Made by a program: the position numbers and the translations under genes. The notes under the pieces are model-generated. The model did not search any database. It was not told the origin of the DNA and saw only the letters and a list, made by a program, of their open reading frames with translations. Shown here piece by piece: positions 12,772 through 25,514 of a DNA stretch of 64,000 bases (the stretch's first letter is position 1; every line of letters starts with the position of its first letter). Source of the DNA: Mobula hypostoma (taxonomy: Eukaryota); assembly GCF_963921235.1 (NCBI RefSeq), contig NC_086097.1:212166001-212230000 (forward strand), in the 5' to 3' direction.

Positions 12772-15070
12772 CTAAAACAAAATAATAATTGTAAAACTAC
12801 CTTTGTTGAATTCAAATAGATTGAAGGAAGGCACAAAAGACTACAGATAGTGACATTCTGAAATGAGAACGAAAAATTCCAAAGGTAGTGGTGAGATTAT
12901 GCAGTATTCCTAGAGGGAAACAATGTGAATGTTTCAAGTCATCAGATATAGTCATGTGCTTTCTAAAATTATTATTCCTTACCATCAGGTCGCTTATGTT
13001 TTTTTACTGATCAAAAAGAAAAGTGTAAATACTAGGAAATGGAATGTTTTTGCTTTAGGAGCTGATTACTCAATAGTAATCAGGACATGGCCAGAAACAG
13101 AAATGCGGCTGCCTTTACATAGGCAAACCATGAACATTAGCTAAATGGCGGAGCAGACTCGATGGGCCGAATGGCCTAATTCTGCTCCTGTGTCTTATGG
13201 TCTTATGGAATACTAAGCATAATGCCTCCTAATATGCAGCTTTATGACTTTTGAACAATTTGTAACAATCTATAGATAATGTTGCACAGTAAATATACTT
13301 TCCAGGAACTGGACGATGTCTGTCCAAACTCTTTTCAGACCACAACACATTATAGCTGGTTTCAGCTTATGATGGAATTAGCACTTGCCTAACTATACAA
13401 TTTGCATTTACAGAGCACCTTTACCAGAAAACGTGCTGAAGCATTTCTGAGGCAACAGCATATAAAATGACAAGTGAAATAAAGGACAATGTTTTAAGAG
13501 GGATAATTTAGTTAAGATGTGAGCTTTCAGGATAATAAGACCATAAGACATAGGAGCAGAATTGGGCTATTCATTGATCATTGAGTCTGCTCTGCAGACT
13601 TCTGGAAGGAGCAGAGGGATTTAGAGAAAGGTTTAAGCATGGGATTCCAGAGTATGGGACTAAACAATTGCAGACTAAAGTTATCAATTGTGGTGTGAAA
13701 GAAAATGGGAATTCCTTAGTTGCAAGAGATAGAGAAATGCAAAGTTGTCAAAGTATACAAGGCTGAAGAAAGTTATAGAGTGAAGATGGGAGGAAAACAG
13801 GGCTGAAAAGGGACATAGATGATTCAAAATGCTGCATATGAATGCCCACAGAATGTACACAAATCAGCAAAAAAGTTATGGGTAAACAGGAGTGGGCTTT
13901 CAGTCACAGAATTTAGGACAAGCCAATATTTTATAGAAGCTAGAAGACGAGGGAAACTCAGCACAGAATGCACTTTAAAAGCTGGCAGGCATGATTTTCA
14001 ATCAGCAACTGGTAATTTTGAATGCTATCCATTTTAATTCTTTCCTGCTTGGAATTTTGCCATTCACAATATTTATTTCATTTGCTGGACCTTCGGCTCT
14101 GATCATTCTCTGGTGAAGAATTGTTTAACCTTAATACAAGGTTCACTGTGCAAAGAATAACCTGCCTGGAAAGCACAGTTGTTTACTCGTCTCTTTATCC
14201 CATGATGAAGGTCACAGATTGGCACAAAATTAGTGCTGAATATAACTGCTGAACCTGGCTCAACACACACAAAATGCTGAAGGAACTTGTGTCTGCTGAT
14301 CCAGGTATCCCACGTCTGCAGTCTCTATAGCTTAGTTTCACAGAACTCGGCTTATGATTTCCAATCTGTCTTAACATAGACAGCAAGATCTATTGCTACC
14401 CAATGTTGGTCTTATGTATTTTTAAGTGAACAGTACACAAGAGGTTGAATATAAATTTAATTACTAAAGCAGCAAGCATCGTTCAGTTACTGTATGTTAA
14501 TCTCATGGTCTGGCTCTGAAATCAGGAACACTAAGAGAGAAAAATACAATACAACCAATCATACTACTACTACGTCAACTCAGGCTTAGGGGGCCGGCGT
14601 CGGGTAATCATAAGTGAGAGGGAAGAAGAATGGGCTGTGTTTATCCAATAGACATTACATCTAGAGTTAGGTTTGGGCCAATGTAACACGTACATCATCA
14701 CGCACAGATCATACAAAAAAGCAAAACAAAGTTGGCAAATGAAGATTCAATGAGATCTTTGATGATTTGAAATCAGTAATGGAATGAACAGATTTACAGT
14801 AACTGTGTGAAAATTTTACTTCTCACAGCAAGTGCAACATTTACTGGCACTACAGTGTGTAGTTTAACTACTAACACTTTAAGTAATCCACAGGAGTTGG
14901 AAAATGTCTCAAGTTATAATGTGCATCTTATCGGTTTTAAAAGGTATTAACAGCTTGAAACTCAAATTCTCTACTGCATGTCACATAAACAAAAAAACCT
15001 GGAATTATCCATAATTACTCAATTAGTAAAAGACAATCACTTCAAAGAACAATTTTAGAACAGTCATTCA

Positions 15071-15217
<147 letters not shown>

Positions 15218-15703
15218 TTATTATAAATGCTCAGGTAAAAAGGAGAAAGTGTATTTAATGTGACCCTCATCCTGATGGCTAAATCAAGGGGTTCTGTGAT
15301 GTTTTACTTAAGCTCACTGTTGCAAAGGAGAGGTCTGGTTATTTTATTGAGGAATATTCTATTCATTTGTATAATGCCTTGCCACCTGTCCATTGGAGAA
15401 GAGTTTGCACAGAACTGGCTGACCACAAGTCAATCAGATAGTGGTCTGCAATAAGTTCCTTGAAGCTCTCCAGAGAAAGGTGCAGGTGGATTCTATTGGG
15501 CAGGCTATCCAAGTCATTTGGCTCATTGGAACCTTCACACAAACACTTGCAGCTTGCCTAACTGGTGATGAAACATGTTAAATAATTCTAGTATAGATGG
15601 AATCTCAAAGCTACAGGGCAGTGCCTGCAAGACACCATGTTGCACGATACCATCACTGGTCTTCCATTGAAATATTTTATCTGAAAAGGAATGCAGCAGT
15701 CTT

Positions 15704-17032
15704 TGCAACACACACAAAATGCTGGTGGAACGCAGCAGGCCCGTTGGAGATGGAGGAAGTTATAGAGAATTACATGTTGGACACGGAGGCTGGTGGGTGG
15801 TAGGTGAGGACAAGAGGAACCCTATCCCTAGTGGGGTGGTCTTCCTTTTTTAAAGAAAGGGGTTTCCTTTCCTCCACAGTCTTCCTTTTTTAAAGAAAGG
15901 GGTTTCCCTTCCTCCACAGTCTTCCTTTTTTAAAGAAAGGGGCTTCCCTTCCTCCACCATCAACTCTGCCCTCAAACGCATCTCTCCCATTTCATGCACA
16001 CCTGCTCTCACTCCATCCTCCTGCCACCCCACTAGGGATAGGGTTCCTCTTGTCCTCACCTACCACCCCACCAGCCTCCGTGTCCAACATATAATTCTCG
16101 GTAACTTCTGCTATCTCCAATGGGATCCCACCACCAAGCAGATCTTCCCCTCCCCCAACTTTCTGCTTTCCGCAGGGATCGCTCCCTACGTGATTCCCTT
16201 GTCCATTTTACCCCCCCCATCCCTCCCCACCGATCTCCCTCCTGGCACTTATCCTTGTAAGCGGAACAAGTGCTACACCTGCCCTTACACTTCCTCCCTT
16301 ACCACCATTCAGGGCCCCAGACAGTCCTTCCAGGTGAGGCGACACTTCACCTGTGAGTCTGCTGGTGTGATATACTGTGTCCAGTGCTCCGGGCGTGGCC
16401 TTCTATATATCTTGGCGAGACCCGACGCAGATTGGGAGACCTCATCGCTGAACACCTATGCTCTGCCCGTCAGAGGAAGCAGGATCTCCCAGTAGCCACA
16501 CATTTTATTTCCATGTCCCATTTCCATATGTCAATCCATGGCCTCCTCTACTGTCGAGATGAAGCCACACTCAGGTTGGAGGAACAACACCTTATATTCT
16601 GTCTGGGTAGCCTCCAACCTGATGGCATAAACATTGATTACTCTAACTTCCGTTAACGCCCCTCCTCCCTTTCCTACCCCATCCCTACATTCTTTTTTCT
16701 CTCTTTTTCTCTCTCACAATAACTCCTTGCCTGTTCTCCATCTTCCTGTGGTGCTCCCCTCCCCCTTACTTTCTTCCAAGGCCTTCTGTCCTATGATACT
16801 CCCCCTTCTCCAGCCTTATCCCTTTTGCCAATTAACTTCCCACCTCTTGGCTTCATCCCTCCCCCTCTTGTCTTCTCCTATCATTTCAGATCTCTCCCTC
16901 CCCCTTTCAAATCTCTTACTATCTCTTTTTTCCATTAGTCCTGACGAAGGGTCTCGACCCGAAACGTCGACTGTATTTCTTCCTATAGATGCTGCCTGGC
17001 CTGCAGTGTTCCACCAGCATTTTGTGTGTGTT
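15704..17032 (+). mobile_element. Penelope-like retroelement, truncated and rearranged (GIY-YIG endonuclease plus pseudo-LTR)
   Basis: CKRNKCYTC..., FTCESAGVIYCVQC, Y.GETRRRLGD..AEHL, RLEEQHLIFCLGSLQPDGIN; pyrimidine-rich 3' region with hammerhead; inverted terminal piece at 15704-15742. Confidence 0.9.
16937..16972 (+). ncRNA. minimal type I hammerhead ribozyme (PLE type), intact core
   Basis: AGTC-CTGACGA-A-GGGTC TC GACCC-GAAA-CGTC-GACT: helix I AGTC/GACT, core CUGANGA and GAAA, palindromic ACGU helix III, GUC cleavage triplet. Confidence 0.85.
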
Positions 17033-17034
17033 AC

Positions 17035-18050
17035 TACAGACACTACTCAGCTTTTGGAAATATCCCGCTTCTCAATCATGTTTTCCTCCTCTGAGTAACT
17101 GGTAAAAGATGGAGGAGGGCGCATCTTGCAGAGCCATTCAAATACATAGAGCAATCACGTAAGACAGCGCGCCCTTCACAACTTGCCCCATCCTCAAGCA
17201 ATTTCTCTCAGACAGCTGAATATCCCCTTTGTGGCACAAACGGTGCAGTAGTTTCTCCAATCTGAAAATATAGGCAGCCACCTTTTCTTCCTCCTGGAAC
17301 GTGTGCCTAAATTTCATCATCAGATTGGCTGCACTTTCAGCAGTGCCAAAAACATCTTCTAGAGCTTGCAGGTAATCAGCCGACATACCTTACTACATCA
17401 GCCACCCAACCCTTTAAGCTCTCTACCAGTCTCTGTTTTTTTCATATTATCTGAACACTGCCACTCATCCAGTAACTGAGGCCCAAGCCTTATATTCTTC
17501 TTCCCCATCAGGTGTGGGCTTGACCCCAGAGAACACGTCCAGCCTACGATAATTTTGGCTCTCTGCAGATACATTTCTGCATTTATCAACCAGCGATGTA
17601 ATAGTCAAAATCAGCTCAGAATTTAAATCAACCACTGAAGGACCAGTTGGACCTTTCACATCAGACAACTTTTTTCCCTCACTTCACAGAAACGAGAACT
17701 TGTCTTTGAAGTCTTTGCTCTCATCTACAACATCTCATTTCTTCTTTAAAAATATGGACTGTCCATGACCCTGTCTCTCCAGGTGTCCCTATCCTATCAG
17801 GTGGCACGACTTCAGTTACATCACTGATCGTATGGATTAACCAACATCCTTACCTGGCGATTGATCAAACCACTTTTCAACCAGCTTAACTTTTCCCAAT
17901 ACTTTCACAAACTTAGCACTCTCATCAGCAATTCAACAGGGCTGTGGATATCCACCCCGTTCAGAACACAGCATTATTTGTGGGTAGTCTCTTTGAATCG
18001 CACCAAAGCTTAATCCTCACTGGGTTCGTATGGAAACCTGGCTCCTTGCT
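17035..18050 (-). mobile_element. Gypsy-type LTR retrotransposon remnant with PNMA-like gag
   Basis: YRRLDVFSG..P...GEEEYKAW and YLQALEDVFGTAESA..LMMKFRHTFQ...EKVAAYIFRLEKLL; frameshifted. Confidence 0.8.
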
Positions 18051-18055
18051 GGCCC

Positions 18056-18778
18056 TGTTAAGAGCCATGGGACTAGGAGGTGAGAAGGACACCTTTCATG
18101 CAAAATATGGGGTTTAACCGAACAGGAACATCATGGTGTTCCTAGTAAAGAAACCTCAATTTGAATGAATGCTGGGTAAATATTACCTTTACACAATTGT
18201 CAGTCGGCAAGAAATAACAAATTGTACTCTGCATAAAATTATAAAGAAAGTATATTTACAAATTTCAGCTTTATCACATTGTTAGCAGGAAAAAGAAAAG
18301 GAAAATAAAAGGGTCCATTACAGCTAAGTCAGTCTAAATGTGCACATGGTTGGAGCTCATCTTGAACTTGTCTTTTTACTCAGACGATAGACCCAAGGTC
18401 TATGTCAAAGCACACACCACTTTCCGAAGTTCACTTGAAATCCATCTCAAGCTAACGAGATCTCTCTCGGGCGTATTGGTCCTTCCATCTTAGAGCCATT
18501 CATCCAGACAAAGCACCTTGTGGAACAGGGACACCACTTCCCATGGCATTCTCAGCCATCTTCCCTCCCGTCCTCCCTGCAGCTCCTGCCCAAAAAAAAT
18601 TATCCGCAAGCCACACTATCCATTACAAATCTCTCTCCACCCCGCTCTCTTGAACATCCATTGATTCTGCCATCCTGATTGGCTGGCACAACATTCGCAA
18701 GTTGAACATCTGCTTTTACAGAACTGCTAAATGAAGTACCTACAGCATAGCAGTAAAAATCTTAACCAAGGCACTCCA
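18056..18778 (-). mobile_element. candidate 5' LTR of the PNMA-gag element
   Basis: Minus strand reads TG...TAACA followed by gggccagcaaggag, resembling a tRNA-Arg primer-binding site; boundaries uncertain. Confidence 0.4.
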
Positions 18779-18874
18779 TTTATATTTACAAATATCATAA
18801 ACATAGTATATTTACAGGAAAATTCTGAACATTTACTCAAAACATCACTTCAAAGCCCATGCCCATTTTCTTTA

Positions 18875-19108
<234 letters not shown>

Positions 19109-19559
19109 TTAGTTTAAAATCAATATACCACAAAAATTAGAAAATGTATTCAGATATTTTTCTACTGTACGACATCCCAAAATTAAATTTATATATAAAG
19201 TTGTTACTGCATTGGAACCCTGGTGGCAAGGTGGAAAAGGCATTGACCAGTAAAACACTACATTAACAAAGGATGTCAATAATGCAAAGAGATAAGCTCA
19301 AGGAGGCTTTTGAAGGTGAATGAGAATTAACAAGGTGGAAGTGGTCAGAAAAGTATCCCTGGCTTTAGGGACCGATGGTTGAATGTACCTAGAGGGGAGA
19401 ATAAAGCAAATATGTTGGAAGTACTTGAGTGATGTGTAAAGTGGATAATATCAGTTCAACCATGTATTGTACGTTTCTTCTAAATTTTCAGTTCCATTGA
19501 ACTTGGAAGCCAAAACTGGCAAATAACATCTGGTTTATGCTGTTTAAATTACCTGACCT

Positions 19560-19830
19560 ACTTGCATGAAAGTAGAGTTTTACACAACTTAACAATGTTT
19601 CAAATGCCCTTGCAGCCAATGTTATTATAACATAGGAAACTCACTAAACATATGGCATTATAGAGGCCAGAAATATACCTTGGAGATATTGATCGTAAAC
19701 AATAATTCCCTTGCTCATCACTGAATTACTGTAGTGATTTTTTAAAAATACATTAGAGAGAACCTACAGAGCCCCTGTCTCATCTAAAAGGCAACAGCTC
19801 ATGTAGTAAGCAGTCGCTCCCTGTTCCATT
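19560..19830 (-). mobile_element. ancient Deu-domain SINE (SacSINE/AmnSINE-like) remnant
   Basis: Plus strand tcccttgctc...gagag...gtctcatctaaaaggcaacagctc...gcagtcgctccctgttcc resembles the reverse complement of the Deu domain as recalled. Confidence 0.5.
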
Positions 19831-20745
19831 GTTAAGAATTGCAAAAGCACAATGTACAAAATTGTTATATCAGACTAAAGTATTTATAAATAATGAACAA
19901 AAGCGTGGACTTGATAATTAAAAAAAACTAATACAGAAACACAAAAAGCTAGAGTAAATCTGAACAAATGACTCAAATTACTTCCATCAAATGCATATGT
20001 AAAATCTTGACACAAAGGAAATTATTGCACAAGAATCCAATCTTTTTTCCAGTCTTCTGCAAACAAAGGACCTAGTTAACAATATGCTTATGGCACTTTG
20101 GCAATAATCCACTGGAATTCAAGGGAATAAATCACTCCACTTGCTTTTTTGGCAAATTGGATTACTTACATCAAATAACACATCCTATTGAGGCTTAATT
20201 TGAAACTCAAAAATATAAAACTAGAAATGCTGCATGGCAGAAATTTTAAACAAAAGTCATTTTTGTTGACTCTGTAACATTTAAACAGTTCCTCAAATTT
20301 CCATCAAGCAAAGTGCAAAAAACACAAACAGCAGCAGCCGCATCAAGAAGCCTATTAAATATTTCTGATGATAGTTAAATACTGACTGAAACATGGAACA
20401 AGAATTATTATTTATTAACTTACAGCAATCAATGCTGTGTATTGGTTTAGGTTTCTACACTGGGCAGCATTTGACAGTTTTTTTTATACCAGCTCACTTC
20501 ACTAACCCTGAACATTGCTCATGTAAATAGAGTTAGGACTGCCTAAGTTTTCCTTTGTCACAAGATTTCACACCTGAAAAATCGTATCAAAGTATAGGTT
20601 CAATATACTGAATCAATTCGCTATGTCAAAATAAGACTTTCATAAGGCAAACACGAGGAAATCTGCAGATGCGGGAAATTCAAGCAACACACACAAAATG
20701 CTGGTGGAACGCAGCAGTCCAGACAGCATCCATCGGAAGAAGCAC

Positions 20746-20781
20746 AGTCGACGTTTCGGGCCAAGACCCTTCGTCAGGACT
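20746..20781 (-). ncRNA. minimal type I hammerhead ribozyme (PLE type), intact core, sense to the NSMAF pre-mRNA
   Basis: Minus strand AGTC-CTGACGA-A-GGGTCTTGGCCC-GAAA-CGTC-GACT; predicted cut between 20750 and 20749. Confidence 0.85.
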
Positions 20782-21630
20782 AACTGAAAGGAGAGATAGT
20801 AAGAGATTTGAAACCCTGAATGTGAGGGAGGAAGTGTAAGGGCATGTGTAGCACTTGTTCCGCTTACAAGGATAAGTGCCAGGAGGGAGATCGGTGGGAA
20901 GGGATGGGGGTTGGGGGGGGGGGGGAGGACGAATGGACCAGGGAGTCCTGTAGGGAGCGATCCCTGCGGACAGTCCTTCCAGCTGAGGCAACACTTCACC
21001 TGTGAATCGGCTGGTGTGATATACTGCGTCCAGTGCTCCCGGTGCGGCCTTCTAAATATTGGTGAGATCCCACGCAGACTGGGAGACCATTTCGCTGAAA
21101 ACCTAAGCTCTGTCCACCAGAGAAAGCAGGATCTCCCAGTGGCCACACATTTTAATTCCACGTCCCATTCCCATTCTGATATGTCTATCCATGACCTCCT
21201 CTACTGTCAAGATGAAGCCACACTCAGGTTGGAGGAACAACACCTTATATTCTGCCTGGGTAGCCTCCAACCTGACAGCATGAACGCTGACTTCTCTAAC
21301 TTCCGTTAATGCCCTCCTCCCCTTCTTACCCCATCCCTTATTTGTTTATTTATTTATTTATTTATTTATTTCCCTTTTCTTTCTCTCTCTCTCTCTCTCT
21401 GTCCCTCTCACAATAACTCCTTGTCTGCTCTCCATCTTCCTCTGGTGCTCCCTTTCTCCTTTCTTTCTCCCTAGGCCTCCCATCCCATGATTCTCTCCCT
21501 TTTCCAGCCTTGTATCCCTTTTGCCAATCAACTTTCCAGCTCTTAGCTCCATCCCTCCCCCTCCTGTCTTCTCCTATCATTTTCGATCTCCCCCTCCCCC
21601 TTTCAAATCTCTCACTATCTCCTTTCAGTT

Positions 21631-21667
21631 AGTCCTGATGAAGGGTCTCGGCCCAAAACGTAGGACC
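21631..21667 (+). ncRNA. degenerate hammerhead ribozyme copy (GAAA changed to AAAA)
   Basis: AGTC-CTGATGA-AGGGTCTCGGCCC-AAAA-CGTA-GGAC; catalytic G12 lost. Confidence 0.6.
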
Positions 21668-21884
21668 GTGCTTCTTCCTATGGATGCTATCTGGCCTGCT
21701 GTGTTCCACCAGCATTTGTGTGTGTTGCTAAGACTTTCATATATTGATTAAAAAAACATTTGTAATACGGTTAACTGAGTGTAAGCTCACCTCAGATCCA
21801 AGGGTGACAATTCATTTATTTTCTTATTGCAATTTATAGTGATTTGTTATATCTGCACTGTGCTGCTGCCACAATTGAACACAT

Positions 21885-24745
21885 TTCATGGCTAATCTGA
21901 CAGGGAGATGGGAACCAGAGTGATATTGTTAAGGATGGGTCAATTGAACATAAGCAAAGGCACTGTGCAGTGAGACTGTCAGGAAGAATAGGCAGATGAT
22001 AGGGCAAAATTGGGATGAGCTGCAGTGTAACAGGGAGACAAAATCGATGAATACAGGACTGAAGGTATTATATTTCAATGCAAGCAGTACATGGAATAAG
22101 GTAGGTGATCTTGTTAGAGATTGGCAGGAATGACATTGTGGGCATGACTGAGTCGTGGTTGAAAGATTATAGTTGGGAGCTTAACACCCAAGGATACAAA
22201 AAGGATAGACAGGTAGGCAGAGGGGTTGGGGTGGCTCTGTTGGTTAAAAAATGAAATCAAATCCTTAGTAAGAGGTGACATAGGATCGGAAGATGTAGAA
22301 TCATTGTGGGTAGAGTTAAGAAACTGCAGGATTAAAAAGACCCCGATGGGAGTTATATACAAACCTCCTAACAGTAGCCCGTATGTGGGCAATAAATTAC
22401 AACGGGAGATAGAAAAGGCATGTCTTAAAGGCAATGTTATATAGTCATGGTGGATTTCAATATACAGAAAAATCAAGTTAGTGCTGAATACCAAGAGAAA
22501 GAATTTGTAGGATGCCTACAGGATGGCTTTTTAGAGCAGCTTGTGGTTAAGCCCACTAGTATATCAGCTATTCTGGATTGGGTGTTGTGTAATGAACCAA
22601 ATTTGACTAAAGAGCTTAAGGTAAAGGAACCCTTAGGAAGGAGTGATAATATGATAAAATTCACCCTGCAGTTTGAGAGGAAGAAGCTAAAGTGAGATGT
22701 ATCAGTATTACAGTGAAGTAAAGGGAATTACAGAGGCATGAGAGGGGAACAGGCCAAAGTTGATTGGAAGGGGACACTAACAGGGATGACGGCAGGACAG
22801 CAATGGCTAGAGTCTTTGGGAGCAATTCAGAAGGCACAGGACAGATACACCCCAATGAAGCAGTACTCTAATGGCAAAATGACACAACCATGGCTGAGAA
22901 GGGAAGTCAAAGCCAACATAAAAGCAAAAGAGAGGACACATGATAGAACAAAAATTAGTGGAAAGTTAGATAATTGGGAAGCCTTTAAAAATCAGCAGAA
23001 GACAACTTAAAAAACGATAAGGAACAAAAAGATGTGATATCAAGGTAAGTTAGCCAATAATACCAAAAATACCAAAAGATTTTTCAGATATATAAAGAGT
23101 AAAAAAAGAAGCAAGATTAGATGTCGGATCACTGGAAAATGACACTGTAGAGGTAATAATGGGGGACAAGGAAACAGAAGATAAAATAAGTGAGTATTTT
23201 GCATCAATCTTCACTGCGGAAGGCACTAGCAATATGCCAGATGTTTGAGAATGTCAACGGGCAGAAGTGAATGTACTTGCTATTACTAAGGAGAAAGTGC
23301 TTTAGAAACTGAAAGGTCTGGACCAGATGGACTACATCCCAGGGTTCTAAATGAGGAAGCTGAAGAGATTGTGGAGGTATTATAGATGATTCTTCACGTA
23401 TCACTAGATTCTGGAATGGTTTCAGAGGACTGGAAAACTGGAAATGGCTCTACATTCAAGAAAGGAGGGTGGAAGAAGAAAAGAAGTTATAGGCCAGTTG
23501 GTCTGACCCGAGGGAAAATCTTGCCTGACAAATCTGTTGGAATTCAATGAGGAAATAGCAAGCAAGACACACAACAGTGGATGCTGTGTACTTGGATCTT
23601 CAGAAGGCCTTTGACAAGGCGTCCTACATGAGGCTGCGTATGGTATAGCCAAGTATTACAAGACAAATACTAGGATGGATAGAGCTTTGGCTGATTAGCA
23701 GGAGGCAAAGAGTGAGAATAAAGGGACTTTTCTGATTGGTTGCCGGTGACTAGTGGTGGTCTACAGAGGTCTGTGTTGGGACCACTTCTTACATTGTACA
23801 TCAATGATTTGGATGATGGAATTAATGGCTTTGTGGTCAATTTTGTGGACATGCAAAAACAGGAGGAGGGGCAGATAGTGTTGAGGAAGCAGGGAGACTG
23901 CAGAAGGACAGACAGATTAGGAGAATGGGCAAAGTGGCAGATGGAATACAGTGTCAGGAAAATATGGTCATGTACTTTGGTAGAAGGAATAAAAACGGAC
24001 AATTTTTTGAATGGGGAGAAAATTTAAAAATCTAAGTTGCGAAGGTACTTGCGAGTCCCCGTGCAGGATTCCCCAAAGGTTAACTTGCAGGTTGAGTCAT
24101 GGTGAGGAAGGCAAAAGCATTGTTAGCATTCATTTCAAGAGAAGTAAACACAAGGATGTAATGCTGAGGCTTTATAAGGCACTGATGAGGCCTCACGGGA
24201 GTATTGTGAGCAATGCTGGGCCCCCTATCTAAGAAAGGATGTGCCGACCTTGGAAAGGGTTCAGAGGAAGTTCAAGGGAAAAGCTCCAGGAATGAAAAAG
24301 TTATCATTTGATAGCTTTCCACCTGTACTCACTGGAATTTAGAAGGATTGGGGGTGGGTGGATCTCATTGAAATCTTTCTAATGTAGAGGAGCATCTATT
24401 TAAAACAGAGATGCAGAGAAATTTCTTCAGCCAGAGGGCGGTGAATTTGTTACCACAGGTAGCTATGGAGGTCAGATAATTGGGTGTACTTACGGCAGAT
24501 ATTGATAGATTCTTGATTGGACATGGCATCAAAGGTTATGGGGAGAAGGCCGGGGAATGTGGTTAAGGAAAGGGAAAAAGGATCAGCCATGATTGAATGG
24601 CAGAACAAACTTGATGGGCCAAATGGCCTAACTCTGCTCCTATGTCTTATGGTTTACTCAATGGAGCTTAGAAGAATAAGGAATCTCATTGAAACTTATC
24701 AAGTGCTGAAAGGACTAGATAGAAAGGATGTGGAGAGGATTTAGG
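21885..24745 (+). mobile_element. decayed CR1 LINE (endonuclease to 3' UTR, internal deletions)
   Basis: ESLWVELRNC, GVIYKPPNS, LDWVLCNEP, PVTSGG, LYKALMRPH; tail tatgtcttatgg near 24650. Confidence 0.88.
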
Positions 24746-24807
24746 AGAAGAAAACTAGTCAGAATTTCTTTCCTCTGGACTGATATCGACGGTATATGCA
24801 ATAATTA

Positions 24808-24966
<159 letters not shown>

Positions 24967-25183
24967 CTAAAAGAGATAAAGGTAGGGAATACAGTTAGTT
25001 TAATTCTATTCATATGACATTAAGTATTCTAAAATCTCCAATGCAGCACTTGGATGAGATTAGAGAGTATATTATTACTGAATAACATCCATGTTTTCCA
25101 GTCCTTTAGTATACTTTCTATGCATACCAATTACAAGTTGTTCCAACTTCAGATCAGACAAAATTTATCATTCAGTTACTCAC

Positions 25184-25255
25184 CAAAGGTTTTAACCCAT
25201 GTCGTCTTTTGTAAATGCGTCTCACATCATGCAACATTATCTGCACCACTGTCTC
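25184..25255 (-). CDS. NSMAF: NSMAF exon 11 (72 nt)
   Basis: tttag|GAG ... CCTTTG|gtgagt; ETVVQIMLHDVRRIYKRRHGLKPL. Confidence 0.96.
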
Positions 25256-25514
25256 CTAAAATACATAATGGAATAATAACACAAAGTTCACTGGTTATTT
25301 GGAATTATTTGTACTAGAAAAAAATAGATGCTTACGTTCTTTGAATTATATAGTGCGTCCTTAAAACATATTTCTTTGACAATTTACTATTCATGATAAA
25401 AGATTGAGCATTTTGAAGTTAGTTCTAACAAATTCACATAGTGCTCTCTTTGTGATATGAAGCATGCGAGATGTTGCAACGATGATTCATTCACAAATGT
25501 ACAGCATCCACAAA

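Larger units (their letters stand above)
20645..21728 (+). mobile_element. Penelope-like element with inverted 5' part and 13-bp TSD
   Basis: TAAGACTTTCATA at 20632-20644 and 21729-21741; 20645-20970 antisense (pseudo-LTR plus Zn-knuckle piece), 20970-21309 GIY-YIG ORF, then sense pseudo-LTR. Confidence 0.92.

Noticed and set aside
15840..15957. CRISPR-like array
   Set aside because: Three head-to-tail 40-nt units without spacers, derived from PLE sequence, in a vertebrate context with no cas genes
17035..18050. Domesticated PNMA/MOAP1-like gene
   Set aside because: Several frameshifts and an adjacent LTR/PBS-like sequence indicate a decayed retrotransposon gag
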